DNA from: Eledone cirrhosa | Lineage: Eukaryota | Assembly: GCA_964016885.1 (NCBI GenBank) | Contig: OZ024760.1 | Location: forward strand, 22,258,001-22,322,000 | Direction of reading: 5' to 3' | DNA: 64,000 nt | In this document: one piece after another, positions 28,280 through 42,491 of the stretch | How positions within the stretch are numbered: the first letter of the stretch is position 1 | How the letters are laid out: each line of letters starts with the position of its first letter | Translations under genes and position numbers: made by a program | The notes under the pieces: model-generated | Told to the model about the DNA's origin: nothing | The model's input: the letters and a program-made list of their open reading frames with translations, nothing else | Databases searched by the model: none

Positions 28280-29278
28280 AATATATATATATATTTATAA
28301 ATATATATGTAAATATATATATATTTATAAATATATATATTTATAAATATATATAAATATATATATATATAAATATATATATAAATATATATATATAAAT
28401 ATATATATATAAATATATATATATAAATATATATATATAAATATATATATATAAATATATATATATAAATATATATATATAAATATATATATATAAATAT
28501 ATATATATAAATATATATATTTATAAATATATATATATAAATATATATATTTATAAATATATATAAATATATATATATAAATATATATATATAAATATAT
28601 ATAAATATATATATATAAATATATATAAATATATATATTCATAAATATATATAAATATATATATATAAATATATATATATAAATATATATATTTATAAAT
28701 ATATATATTTATAAATATATATATATAAATATATATATTTATAAATATATATATATAAATATATATATTTATAAATATATATAAATATATATATATAAAT
28801 ATATAAATATATAAATATATATATTTATAAATATATATAAATATATATATATAAATATATATATTTATAAATATATATAAATATATATATATAAATATAT
28901 AAATATATATATTTATAAATATATATAAATATATAAATATATAAATATATATATTTATAAATATATATAAATATATATATATAAATATATAAATATATAT
29001 ATTTATAAATATATATAAATATATAAATATATAAATATATATATTTATAAATATATATAAATATATATATATAAATATATATATTTATAAATATATATAA
29101 ATATATATATATAAATATATAAATATATAAATATATAAATATATATATAAATATATAAATATATATATATATAAATATATATATAAATATATAAATATAT
29201 ATATATATATATAAATATATATATAAATATATATATACATATATAAATATAAATATATAAATATATATATAAATATAA

Positions 29279-29323
<45 letters not shown>

Positions 29324-29366
29324 TATAAATATATAAATATATATATAAATATATATATATATATAA

Positions 29367-29410
<44 letters not shown>

Positions 29411-29553
29411 GTGTGTGCATATACACACACACGTACATATATATATATACATATATATATTCAGATACATACACACACATGTACATATATATATATACAT
29501 ATATATGTATATACATATATATACACATATACATATATATACACATATACATG

Positions 29554-29593
<40 letters not shown>

Positions 29594-30381
29594 AATATAT
29601 ACATATATATATATGCAGATATATACATATATTTATATGCAGATATATACATATATTTATATGCAGATATATATATATATGCATATACACATATGTATAT
29701 ATGCATGCATACACATATATACATGCATATATATATATATACACATATATATGCATATGTATATATACATGCATATATACATATACATGCATATATATAT
29801 ATACATATATATATATATGCATATATATATATATGCATATATATATATATATGCATATATATATATATATGCATATATATATATGCATATATATATATAT
29901 ATATGCATATATATATATATGCATATATATATATATTTGCATATATATATATATGCATATATATATATACATGCATATATACATATATATATATACATGC
30001 ATATATACATATATATATATACATATACATGCATATATATATATATACATATATACATGCATATATATATATATACATATATACATGCATATATATATAT
30101 ACATATATACACATATACATGCATATATATATATATACATATATACACATATACATGCATATATATACATATATACACATATATATGCATATATATATAT
30201 ATATACACACATATACATGCATATACATATATATACACACATATATATGCATATATATATATATATACACACATATACATGCATATACATATATATACAC
30301 ACATATACATGCATATACATATATATACACATATACATATATATACATATATATACACATATACATATATACACATATACA

Positions 30382-30419
<38 letters not shown>

Positions 30420-30530
30420 TACATGCATATATATATATACATATTCATATATACATATATATATTCATATATACATATATATATTCATATATACATATAT
30501 ATATTCATATATACATATATATATATATGC

Positions 30531-30567
<37 letters not shown>

Positions 30568-30812
30568 CATATATACATATATATATATATATATATGCAT
30601 ATATACATATGTATATATATATATATGCATATATACATATACATATATACATATATATATATACATATATATATATATGCATATATACATATATATATGC
30701 ATATATACATATATATATGCATATATACATACATATATGCATATATACATACATATATATATACATGCATATATGCATATATACATACATATATATATAC
30801 ATGCATATATGC

Positions 30813-30856
<44 letters not shown>

Positions 30857-30880
30857 GCATATATCTATATACATATCACG
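28165..30880. repeat. Long compound TA-derived microsatellite ((TA)nAA, then (TA)nCA/GCA)
   Basis: Seen directly; source of the long YI-rich ORFs. Confidence 0.95.
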
Positions 30881-30960
30881 ATAAATTAACGGAGCCATAG
30901 GCCCTCGCTATTCCCTGTAAATAATGTGCTCAAAGGAGAAGAAACCCTGAGCTCTTTAAA

Positions 30961-31457
30961 ATACAATATGTTGAAAAGGTAACACACCAGAGAGAGATAT
31001 ACAGTGCGCTATCAATAAAACAGGGAAAAAACCACCAGTATATGGAATCTATAACCTATGAAAGGTAGACTATAGATACGATAATTAAAAATATAAATTA
31101 AAGCGTAAATAAATACCTCTATAACTATATAACACACGTACAAATCCAAAGAGATGTTTCACCAGTAATTTGTTGACAGAAATAGAATAACCTCGGTTCA
31201 TCAGCGTGTGTAAGGCTATACATTTCAGACAACACTAAGTATCAACAAATTACTGGCGAAACATCTCTTTGGATTTGTACGTGTGTTATATAGTTATAGA
31301 GGTATTTATTTACGCTTTAATTTATATTTTTAATTATCGTGTCTATAGTCTGCCTTTCATAGGTTATAGATTCCATACACTGGTGGTTTTTTCCCTGTTT
31401 TATTGATAGTGCACTGTATATCTCTCTCTGGTGTATAACCTTTTCAACATATTGTAT
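30961..31457. mobile_element. Inverted-repeat cassette (216-bp arms, 65-nt spacer) turning inside hammerhead loop II
   Basis: 30961-31176 is the near-perfect reverse complement of 31242-31457. Confidence 0.9.
31132..31211 (-). ncRNA. Type I hammerhead ribozyme with full stem III
   Basis: Minus strand: acacacg-CTGATGA-acc..ggt-GAAA-ca(tctctttggatt)tg-TA^-cgtgtgt. Confidence 0.8.
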
Positions 31458-32397
31458 CTATATACATATATATATATATACATGCATATATATACATAAA
31501 TATATGCATATATATATACATGCATATATACACATATATATACATATGCATATATTCATATATATTAATAAAATGAATTCCAACTTTGGCTGATTTACTC
31601 GTTTTACTTACAATCCTTTAAAATGTATAATGGTATTAGAATGAAATAGTATGGTAGAATATTAAATGTTAAGTGTTCATTGAACAAGTACTTTCATGCT
31701 TTCACAATCTTCAGTTTCATATTCTGGTGTGACATCAACTTTGCAATTTTCAACTATACATGCATATATATATACATGCATATACATATATACATGCATA
31801 TATACATATGCATATATGCATATACACATGCATATATTCCTTTCATGTAAAAGTAGAAAGGGAAAATCCTGCTGTTTTTATATTGACATATCATATGCAC
31901 AATCAAACATATATATTTAGGGTGAAAGCAGAAATTCTTTGCTTAAACTTTTATCTGTATTAAAAAATAAATATTTCCTCTACGGGTAAATACTGTATAT
32001 ATATAAATAAATTTATATATATACATACAATCCTTATCGATCCCTCTTCGCTTTTTGGATTTTATATTTCTTATATAAATATATATATATACATATACGG
32101 AAAAAGATAATAAAAAGGTTGTTTGGAGAAGCGTACTTGGTATATATTATAATCTTTAAAATACGTAAAACTTAGCGAAGCTTGCTTTCTCTAACCTTCT
32201 CAAATAGATTACTTAAGTCGTTTTTTCGTTAAAAATCTGAATAGAACGTTTTACGTCCATACATTTTCCCACTATATATATATATAGTAATAATAATAAA
32301 TATGAACACTAAAATCCAAAGAGGGCTCCATAGGGATAAATATATATCAAATATATAAGAACCCTAGAGCAAATATTTATTAAAATAACAGATTTAA

Positions 32398-32448
32398 AGT
32401 TTAAGCAAAGAATCGCTGCTTTCATCCCTAACGGGATCTTCTGAAACT
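32398..32448 (-). ncRNA. Hammerhead-like motif with U4A core (CAGAAGA)
   Basis: Minus strand: agttt-CAGAAGA-tccc-gtta-ggga-t-GAAA-gca(gcgattctt)tgc-TT^-aaact, with distal cagatt/aatctg pairing. Family copies at ~8010, 24350, 31918 and 39425-39840. Confidence 0.6.
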
Positions 32449-32955
32449 AAAAAAAATCAATCTGTAAACGCAGAAGTAAATATTTCGAAAAAACGTTGCA
32501 ACCGAAGGAAATCAGGCAGACGATACTTTGGTTCGTGAAGACATTCCCTGGCAAAAAACGGAAAAAAGCGAAGATAATACGTCGTTATGTGGAACGATGC
32601 GAGCAAATACACGCGAAGACAAAACCACGTTTATGGTATAGATGGAGTCATATTCTGGTATATTTGGGGAGGGGCATATTGTTATAATATTGCCAGAAAT
32701 ATATAATAAAACACTCTCACTGATTGGTCTTCGCTTCTGTATATTTTATATCCCTGCAGTTAATTTAGCTGGCAATCAATGTTTATCATTGATTGACCAA
32801 CAGTTAAAAATATAGATATAAATATATATATACATAGTCTATCAAAGTTCTTTCATCACACACCTGTGACATCATCAGTGGTACTATTATGTTTCCTCCC
32901 GTTGTATTGTAATGTGTATATATGCCCCCCGCCCCCATATATATATATATATATA

Positions 32956-33145
32956 TAACGAAGGAAGTGTGGTAAGGAACCAGGTGGACGATAACGCACC
33001 AGAGTGCTCAATACGTAGTATAGTAGTGTGGATAATAGGAAAAGACTCAGGAGCCCGACGGCTGAGTCCCAGCCGTTTCGACAGCTAGATCTGAAATGTC
33101 GAAACGGCCGGAGCTCAGCCGTCGGGGTCCTGTCTCTTTTCCTAT
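32956..33145 (-). mobile_element. GC-rich hairpin cassette family, copy 2 (diverged)
   Basis: Palindrome 33035-33145 with (TA)n on both sides. Confidence 0.8.
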
Positions 33146-33316
33146 ATATACATATATAAGGCCTTGGGCGCGCTGCTGATCGCTTTTGATGTCCTTAAGC
33201 GCCGAAACATCTATGACCTACGATTAACAGCTGATGAAGGGTTTCTTCTCTTGCTTCGACCATATTAGCTTCTTAAACTTTGTTTACAGTAACCACATAG
33301 CTCGCTTCGTTTCTTG

Positions 33317-33354
<38 letters not shown>

Positions 33355-34139
33355 CACACACACACACACAATATATATATATACTCACACACGTACACAC
33401 ACACATACATATATATATTGTGGACGAAGCGAATTCCCCCGTTCATCAATGCTTTGTTTACATGTTTGATAATCCACCATCAAGTTCGATAACCTGTCTC
33501 TACAATTCTGATAGTCACGTGGATTTAAGCACATTTCTGAAGATTATTCATATGGAATTGAATGTTTAATTACAATAATTAATCAATGATAGATGGCGCT
33601 TCAAACTTGAGTATAATTGAATATTCTGTTTCAGGGTATTGTTGTTATATAAGCAGGAGGGACTTATCCCAACATTAGTTGTGTGTAGAGAGAGAGGAGA
33701 GAGAGGAGATAAAGAGAGAGAGAGAGATGAGAGGAGAGGGAGAGAGAGATGAGAGAGGGGAGAGGGAGAGATGAGAGAGAGTGCGAAGAGGGAGAGAAGA
33801 GAGAGAGTGCGAAGAGGGAGAAAAAGAGATAAAAAGAGAGAAGAGAGAGAGAGAAGAGAGAGAAGAGAGAGAGAGACAAAGAAGAAAGAGAGAGAGTAGA
33901 AAGAGAGAGAGAGAGAGAGTGAGATGTGCGAGAGAGAGAGAGTGAGATGTGCGAGGGAGAGAGAAGACAGAGAGGGGGAAGATAGATAGAGAGAGGAGGG
34001 AAAAATAGATAGAGAGAGGAGGGAAAGATAGAAAGAGAGGAGGGGAAAGAAAATAGAGAGAGGTAGAGAAAGAGAAAGAGGGAACGTAGAAAAAGGGAGG
34101 GAGAGGGTTGGAAAATAGAAGAAAAGGGGAAGATGGACC

Positions 34140-34180
<41 letters not shown>

Positions 34181-34235
34181 AAGATAGAGAACGAGGGGGA
34201 AGATAGAGAAAAGGACAAACTGTGATAGAGAGAGA

Positions 34236-35064
34236 TTAACACTTTAGCCGGTCAGATCCGGTCAGAATTCTCTCACCTCTTTCTGTTTAAATTCTTCTGT
34301 AACTGACCGTGCATACTGATACCAAAGTATTGTTCGCAAAATAAATAATATCAAATCCTCATAGATTCGATATTTTATGCGATAATTATGTGAAATAAAG
34401 CATTTACTGTGAAAATATATTAGTACTACCGAATTACCCGCGCCTTGCTACATTTCACACATTTTTTTTGTAAGAAAATGATGATTGATTTTAAATCAGT
34501 GATATAATTTACGGAGAAAAACTCTGCATTTCAATATTACTCAATGTAAAATGTAATGCTGGACAAAATGGAAAACATTAATTTTTGTAATATATCAAAT
34601 CAAAATTACATTATTAAATTTTATTCTTATTTTGTTTCTTGTAAATATTTTTTTCAAAATATCAAATCAAAACTTGATCGCTTCATTTTTGTTTAAAGCA
34701 GCATTTTCAAATTAGAAATTCAATTTTCCCTATAGGGAGTTTAACCCCCATTAGGGTGTCTTAATATTATTGAAATTTGCTGAAATTTTGTGAATAGACA
34801 TCATATCTTGTCATTTACATAATGGTTTAGATTTCATATAAATAGAAGGCAAACAATTTTTAGCGGGGATTTGTGCCTCAGGGGAACCCTTTGGTTAAAA
34901 TAAAATATACTTATCCAAGTACCCAGGGCAATATAGTTACATATTATATATGGTTATAGGGGTCTATCTCCAAAACCATAGGAGGAGTTCGTGAACAAAC
35001 AAACAAACAGACAGATTACTCTATATATCTATATATATAAAGTACCTAAGTGCTAAATGGTTAA
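34236..35064. mobile_element. TTAA-flanked MITE-like element with a nested Helitron/DINE-like insert (~34424-35040)
   Basis: Ends are ttaa-cactttagc and gctaaatgg-ttaa. The insert starts tactaccgaattacccgcgccttgc and ends acaaacagacaga..tatatctatatatataa. Confidence 0.45.
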
Positions 35065-35450
35065 TGTTTCAAGACTCTAGCGAGATTATATAGACTCATT
35101 TAAAGATATCACTGCAACGGTCATCATTACCAGAGTTACATATTCTTTCTTTTGATAATAGGCTTTTGACTCCGAAATATCATGAAATATAAGGACAATG
35201 TAAACTATTTTGTTTTGCTTTATTTATTTAACTACACCCAATTCAACTCCCAAATATACGACATACGTTGCATCGACTACACAAAACAATATACAACCCA
35301 CCCTATATATATATATATATATTAGGGTGTCAAGAATGAAATTTGTAGAAATTAGTTTTTTTCTACAAATTTCTACAAATCTCATACTTGACGTCCCGCA
35401 CATATACGCACAAAATACACACATAATAATACTTGCATATACAGGTATAT

Positions 35451-35482
<32 letters not shown>

Positions 35483-35677
35483 GCATGTAGATATATTCCC
35501 GACGAGTAATTTTAAGGGAAAATTCGAAAGTGAAGGCCCTTTTTTGCAATAAATATTATAAGTGATTCATATATACATGCATAAATATACTCACACACGC
35601 CCCACCACAAACACACATGTATGTATGTATGTATGTATGTATGTATGTATGTATGTATGTATGTATGTATGTATGTA

Positions 35678-35724
<47 letters not shown>

Positions 35725-35917
35725 GTGTACGTGCACGTGATATGCCATATTTCAATCTTTACGTATCATTTCATACATACCCGAATGCGTCAGGTTACGC
35801 TTGAATTAAACATTTCATTTTCTTCCTACATACATATACACACGCATATATACATATATACACGCATATATACGCACAAAATACACACATAATACTTGCA
35901 TATACAGGTATATACAT

Positions 35918-35959
<42 letters not shown>

Positions 35960-36269
35960 GCACACACATATATATATATATATATATACACACAGACATA
36001 TATTTATATATATAAATATACGCATACATATATATATACACACACATATATATATATATACACACATACATATATATATATATGTACACACATACATATA
36101 TATATATATGTACACACATACATATATATATATATATATACACACATACATATATATATATATATACACACATACATATATATATATATGTACACACATA
36201 CATATATATATATATATACACACATACACATATATATATACATATATATAAACGTACACACATACATAT

Positions 36270-36311
<42 letters not shown>

Positions 36312-36390
36312 GTACACACATACATATATACATGTATATGCACAGGATTATGAGTAGATATATATATGTATATATATATGCACTCATGTT

Positions 36391-36439
<49 letters not shown>

Positions 36440-36619
36440 TATAAACATACACACATACATATATACATGTATGTGTGTGTTGATATATTTAATATGCATG
36501 AAATATTAGGTAAGACCGGCGACTATTAATCTCCTATATACAGTGACATAAGCGACGTTGTTTAGTGCAAATTATCTCAGAGAATTTATTAATGTATTAA
36601 TAATAGACATAATAGATTG

Positions 36620-38150
36620 GTGTGGTGGTGGTGTGGTGGTGTGGTGCTGATGGAGATGTGGTTGTGGTGGCGCTGGGGGTGGTTGTGGTGGTGATGGTGG
36701 TGATGGTGGTGGTGGTGGTGGTGGTGTGGTGGTGTGGTGGTGTGGTGCTGATGGAGATGTGGTTGTGGTGGCGCAGGGGGTGGTTGTGGTGGTGATGGTG
36801 GTGGTGATGGTGGTGGTGGTGGTGGTGTGGTGGTGTGGTGGTGTGGTGCTGATGGAGATGTGGTTGTGGTGGCGCAGGGGGTGGTTGTGGTGGTGATGGT
36901 GGTGGTGGTAGTGATGGTGGTGGTGATGTGGTGGTGTGGTGGTATGGTGGTGCTAGTGGTGCTGGTGGTTGTGGAGGAAGCTGTGGTGCTGTTGGTGTTG
37001 ATATGGTGGTGCTGGTGGGGCGGGGCTGTGGTGGCGGCGGCGGTGGTGGCGGCGGCGGCGGTGGTGGTGGAACTGTGGTGGCGGAGGTATGGTGGTGAGG
37101 ATGTGCTGTGTGAGGTGAGGTGTTGATATTGTGGTGGTGGTGGAGCGATCTGTGGTGCTGGTGGTGTTGTTATGTGGTGGTGGGGCGTCGGAGCGGTGGA
37201 ACTGTGGTGGTGGGGCGTCGGGGCGGTGTGGTGGCGGTGGTGCTGTGGTGGTGGTGGTGGTGGAATTGTGGTGGCGGAGGTATGGTGGTGAGGATGTGCT
37301 GTGTGAGGTGAGGTGTTGATATTGTGGTGGTGGTGGTGCTGTGGCGGTGGAGCGAGCTGTGGTGGTGTTGATATGGTGGTGGTGGGGCGTCGGGGCGGTG
37401 TGGTGGCGGTTGGGCTGTGGTGGTGAGGCGTCGGGGCGGTGTGGTGGCGGTGGTGCTGTGGTGGTGGTGGTGGTGGAATTGTGGTGGCGGAGGTATGGTG
37501 GTGAGGATGTGCTTGGGAGCCGTGGTGCTGGTGGTGTTGATATTGTGGTGGTGGTGGTGGTATGGTTGTAGTGCTCTAGTGGTGGTGCTGGTGGTGTGGT
37601 TGTAGTGCTCTAGTGGTGGTGTTGGTGGTGTGGTTGTAGTGCTCTAGTGGTGGTGTTGGTGGTGTGGTTGTAGTGCTGTAGTGGTGGTGTTGGTGGTGTG
37701 GTTGTAGTGATCTAGTGGTGGTGTTGGTGGTGTGGTTGTAGTGATCTAGTGGTGGTGTTGGTGGTGTGGTTGTAGTGCTCTAGTGGTGGTGTTGGTGGTG
37801 TGGTTGTAGTGCTGTAGTGGTGGTGTTGGTGATGTGGTTGTAGTGCTCTAGTGGTGGTGCTGGTGGTGTGGTTGTAGTGCTCTAGTTATGGTGTTGGTGG
37901 TGTGGTTGTAGTGCTCTAGTGGTGGTGTTGGTGGTGTGGTTGTAGTGCTCTAGTGGTGGTGTTGGTGGTGTGGTTGTAGTGCTCTAGTGGTGGTGTTGGT
38001 GGTATGGTTGTAGTGCTCTAGTGGTGGTGTTGGTGGTGTGGTTGTAGTGCTCTAGTGGTGGTGTTGGTGGTGTGGTTGTAGTGCTCTAGTGGTTGTGTTG
38101 GTGGTATGGTTGTAGTGCTCTAGTGCTGGTGTTGGTGGTGTGCTGTTGGC
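36620..38150. repeat. GGT-rich region including a 34-bp minisatellite (~37560-38140, ~17 units)
   Basis: Unit ggttgtagtgctctagtggtggtgttggtggtgt. Confidence 0.9.
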
Positions 38151-38328
38151 TGTGGAGTGATGGCAGCTATGAATATAATTCAAATATTTTAGCTGATGAA
38201 AAGACGAAGTCAATGATATATATGGTGTATACGCACACACACACACACACACATATATATACATACATACATATATATATGCGCTCAGGTGTGTGTGAAC
38301 ATATATATATATGTTCACACACACATGA

Positions 38329-38379
<51 letters not shown>

Positions 38380-38471
38380 CACATATATATAAATTTACAA
38401 AATTACTATTTAAACATCACAATCTAGAAGTGGGAAAAACATTTATTGCATAACTGCACATAGACATAACA

Positions 38472-38507
<36 letters not shown>

Positions 38508-38556
38508 ATTCTTTTTTCTTTTAACCACCATATTAATAATAACACCATGTTATTTA

Positions 38557-38618
38557 TTCATTCTGACGACTTAAGACAGATATAAATATATGCCTTCAAG
38601 AAACCACTGGTAAATGAA
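38557..38618 (+). ncRNA. Type I hammerhead (54991 family, weak stem II)
   Basis: ttcatt-CTGACGA(38563)...GAAA(38600)-cc-act-gg-TA^-aatgaa. Confidence 0.65.
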
Positions 38619-38995
38619 ATAATTATCTTATGTTGTTTATTACATAATTAAAAAGCTCTGTAGGCTACATAGAGCACTCTCTTTTCCTGTACCTTTTCTA
38701 CGGAAATATTTCATTTAATGTATGTATGTGTGTATGTGTGCATGTGTGCATGTGTGCATGTATGTATGTATGTATGTGTGTATGTGTGTGCGTGCGTGTG
38801 TCATTTGCTTTGTATGTGTGTGTATATATATATATGTATAATCCTGAGGAAAATCGGGAGGTGAGAAATGTTTAATAAAGGAACTCAATACGCTCGTGGT
38901 GTATAGGTAAATTCATTTTAATATAGAAATAACTTTTACAGGATTAGAATTGTTTTGTTTCATATATATATTCCGATTCAACCCGGAATAACTTA

Positions 38996-39030
<35 letters not shown>

Positions 39031-39113
39031 GTAAGTTATTCCAGGTTGAATCGGAGGTAACCACAGTAAGTAAGGTACTCAATACATAGCAGAGTATAAC
39101 AGTTTTAATAGAG

Positions 39114-39170
39114 ATGAGATTCTACAGGACTAGAACTGTTTCATTCTTGAGAAATCATCAGGAATCTCAT
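39114..39170 (-). ncRNA. Type I hammerhead ribozyme
   Basis: Minus strand: atgagattc-CTGATGA-t-ttc-tcaa-gaa-t-GAAA-cag(ttctagtc)ctg-TA^-gaatctcat, with a perfect 9-bp stem I. Confidence 0.85.
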
Positions 39171-39289
39171 ATATATATATATATATATGTATAGGATAAC
39201 AAGTTATCGTTTTAGGTAATCCAGTTAGAGAATGTGAGATCTCTGTTCTATGGATAGTTTTAATGTACGACGTTGTTTTAGTCAATAGG

Positions 39290-39335
39290 GTAATAATAAA
39301 TGTGAAGACTAAAATCCGAAGAGGGCTCGATAAGG

Positions 39336-39394
<59 letters not shown>

Positions 39395-39932
39395 GCAGAG
39401 CAAATATTTATTAGAATAACATATTAAAGTTTAAGTAAAGAATCGCTGCTTACACCTTTCACTGGATCCTCTGAAACTGATTTCAGAAAATCCCGTTAAA
39501 GGTGAAAGCAGCGATTCTTTGCTTAGTTTTACCGTCCATTGCCAGGGAACGTCTCCACGAACCACATAATCGAATATTAGTCTACGACTTCATTTATACC
39601 GTAAACGTGGTTTTGTCTTTGCGTGTAATTGTTCTCACCGTTCCACATGAAGACGTATTATCTTCGCTTTTTTTCTATTCATTGCCAGGGAACGTCTCTA
39701 CGAACCAACGTATCGTCTTCCTGTATTCCTTCGATTGCAACGTTTTTCTAAATATTTACTTCTGCGTTCACAGATTGATTTTTTTAGTTTCAGGACATCC
39801 CGTTAAGGGTGAAAGCAGTGATTCTTTGCTTAAACTTTACTCTGTTCTTATAATAAATTTTTGCTCTACGGGTTTATATATATATAATCGTTATCAAGCC
39901 CTCTTAGGAATTTAGACTTCACATTTATTACT
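39290..39932. mobile_element. Inverted arrangement of the CAGAAGA-hammerhead family
   Basis: 39290-39478 is the reverse complement of 39785-39932, with a local palindrome centre at ~39480. Confidence 0.75.
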
Positions 39933-39960
39933 ATATATATATATGTATATATGTAGATAA

Positions 39961-40108
39961 ATTATTTCTGAAGACGGCATATATATGTGTTGGTATGTAT
40001 ATTTAATTTTGATAGTTTGTATAATTTTGTATAATTTTGTACATAGATCTGTTGAATATGCATGCCAATTCTAACACATATATATCCTAGAAACGATCGT
40101 TAAATAAT
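39961..40108 (+). ncRNA. Hammerhead ribozyme with ~115-nt stem II
   Basis: attattt-CTGAAGA(39968)-[atatatatgtgtt/aacacatatatat; ttggtatgtatatttaa/ttgaatatgcatgccaa]-GAAA(40090)-cg-at-cg-TT^-aaataat. The 3' part also occurs at 14080-14230. Confidence 0.7.
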
Positions 40109-40170
40109 GAACTTTTTTTGTTTAATATAAGGAACTGTTTCATTGTTTTATTCATTATTTTTTTAATATT

Positions 40171-40219
<49 letters not shown>

Positions 40220-40222
<3 letters not shown>

Positions 40223-40409
40223 CGGAGGAAATGTGGTAAGGAACCAGGTCGACCATAACGCACCAAAGTACTCAATACTTAGGGTAGTAGAGTGAGTAAT
40301 AGGAACGAGTAGGACCCCGACGGCTGAGCTCAAGCCGTTTCGACGGCTAATTCAGAATTAGCCGTCGAAACGGCTTGAGCTCAGCCGTCGGGGTCCTACT
40401 CGTTCCTAT
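40220..40409 (-). mobile_element. GC-rich hairpin cassette family, copy 3 (perfect palindrome 40299-40409)
   Basis: ataggaacgagtaggaccccgacggctgagctcaagccgtttcgacggctaattc-a-reverse complement. Confidence 0.9.
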
Positions 40410-40608
40410 ATATATATATATACAAAGCAAATGACACAGTATATATATGGAGAAGAAGTTTATGAAATGGAAATGCGGGTATACAGAATTTATTAGGTAA
40501 CAATTGTTTCTATAGTGTATGGGTTACCTATACCTCGCTATTTGAATAATATAAAAATATTATCATAAACCGAAGGTACACTGTAAGCAAACACAGTATA
40601 TATTTTAG

Positions 40609-40830
40609 AGGAACGATCCACTTTCGTCAAATCGGACCGAGGGAACAATGTTTTCGTTGGTCTTTCCAATTGCTAATACTATCTATCGGTCGCAACTCCA
40701 GGTAGAAGGAGCAACGTGAAATAAAGTGTCTTGCTCAAGGACATAACGCATCGCCTGGTCCAGGAATCGAACTCACAACCTTACGATTGTGAATCCAATT
40801 CTCTAACCACTCAGCCACACGCCTCCACTA
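40609..40830 (-). mobile_element. SINE family B head fused to a ~100-bp unique tail; near-identical copy at 55683-55900
   Basis: Minus-strand A-box TGGCTGAGTGG and B-box GAGTTCGATTCC; both copies share the same boundaries. Confidence 0.8.
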
Positions 40831-40831
40831 C

Positions 40832-40897
<66 letters not shown>

Positions 40898-42074
40898 TGT
40901 ATCACTTAACAAATCTTCGAGCACAGGTTTCTTTTGATGTTTGACATATTTTCCGTTACATGTCATGGCGGTCGTAGCCCTCTACATATAACATATGTAG
41001 AGGGCTACGAAGTGTCATTACTGCTGTTCACATATGGATAAGTTTTGTATTAGAAGAAACAGGTTCTGTGTTTTTTAACTTTGTGTGACTGTTGTTGCTT
41101 GTACTGCAATTTACCTTGGTATGTGTAATGGTGAAAACTTAGACGTTCAACTAATCTTAAATTACTAACTCTTTCTTAAGTTACTGCATCTCTCTCTCTC
41201 TCTCTCGCGCGCTCGCTCTTTCTCTCTCTCTCTCGCTCTTTCTCTCTCTCTCGCTCTTTCTCTCTCTGTGTCTCTCGCTCTCTCTCTCGCTCTCTCGCTC
41301 TCTCTCTCTCGCTCGCTCTCTCTCTCTGTGTCTCTCGCTCGCTCTTTCTCTCTCTCTCTCTCGCTCGCTCTTTCTCTCTCTCTTTCTCTCTCTGTGTCTC
41401 TCGCTCGCTCTTTCTCTCTCTCTCTCGCTCTTTCTCTCTCTGTGTCTCTCGCTCGCTCGCTCTTTCTCTCTCTCTCTCTCGCTCGCTCTTTCTCTCTCTG
41501 TGTCTCTCGCTCGCTCTTTCTCTCTCTCGCTCTCTCGCTCGCTCTTTCTCTCTTTCTCTCTCTATGTCTCTCTCTCTTTCTCTCTCGCTCTGTCACCGTG
41601 TGTCGCTTTCTGCCTTTTTACTTTTAAATCTTACATAATTACACACACACACACACACACGCTGAGAAACACACACACACACACATACACACACATTCGC
41701 TTTCCCTATCTATGTTTTTTTTTTAATTATATGTATATGTTTATCTATGTCTGTCTGTCTCTATCTGTTTGTCTGTATGTCTGTCTGTCTGTTTTTGTCT
41801 GTCTGCCTCTCTCTCTCACCCTCTGTCTCTCTCTTTGTCTCTGTGTGTCTCTTTATTTTAAAATCTTATATAGTTACACACAGGCTGGCATACACACATA
41901 CACACATACACACATACACACCGTCTTTCTCCTCTTTTACTTTATATATGTATATATCTTTCCATGTATGTCTCTCTCTCACCCCCCTCTCTCTCTCTTT
42001 CCTTTTAAATCTCACATAATTACACACACGCTGACTCACACATCTCACATACATACTCGCTCTCACCCTGTCTG

Positions 42075-42111
<37 letters not shown>

Positions 42112-42384
42112 TAAATATATATATATATACATATATAAATATATAAATATACATATATAAATATATAAATATATATATATACATATATAAATATATATAT
42201 ATACATATATAAATATATATATATACATATATAAATATATATATACATATATAAATATATATATACATATATAAATATATATATATATATATAAATATAT
42301 ATATATATACATATATAAATATATATACATATATAAATATATATACATATATAAATATATATACATATATAAATATATATATAA

Positions 42385-42415
<31 letters not shown>

Positions 42416-42460
42416 AATATATATATAAATATATATATATATATAAATATATATATAAAT

Positions 42461-42491
<31 letters not shown>

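Noticed and set aside
29085-30900. 450-495 aa YI/HI-rich ORFs, and similar ORFs at 8.1, 20.7, 36, 43 and 57 kb
   Set aside because: Translations of TA/CA microsatellites.
32830-32890. Minus-strand CTGATGA-tgtcac..gtgat-GAAA as a hammerhead
   Set aside because: Stem II is plausible, but no stem III/UH or stem I complement follows.
33225-33270. CTGATGA at ~33231 (also ~38193, and minus strand at ~60584)
   Set aside because: No properly placed GAAA with closing stems; chance matches or too decayed to call.
40755-40825. tRNA gene
   Set aside because: A and B boxes are present, but it is the head of a multi-copy SINE without a full cloverleaf.
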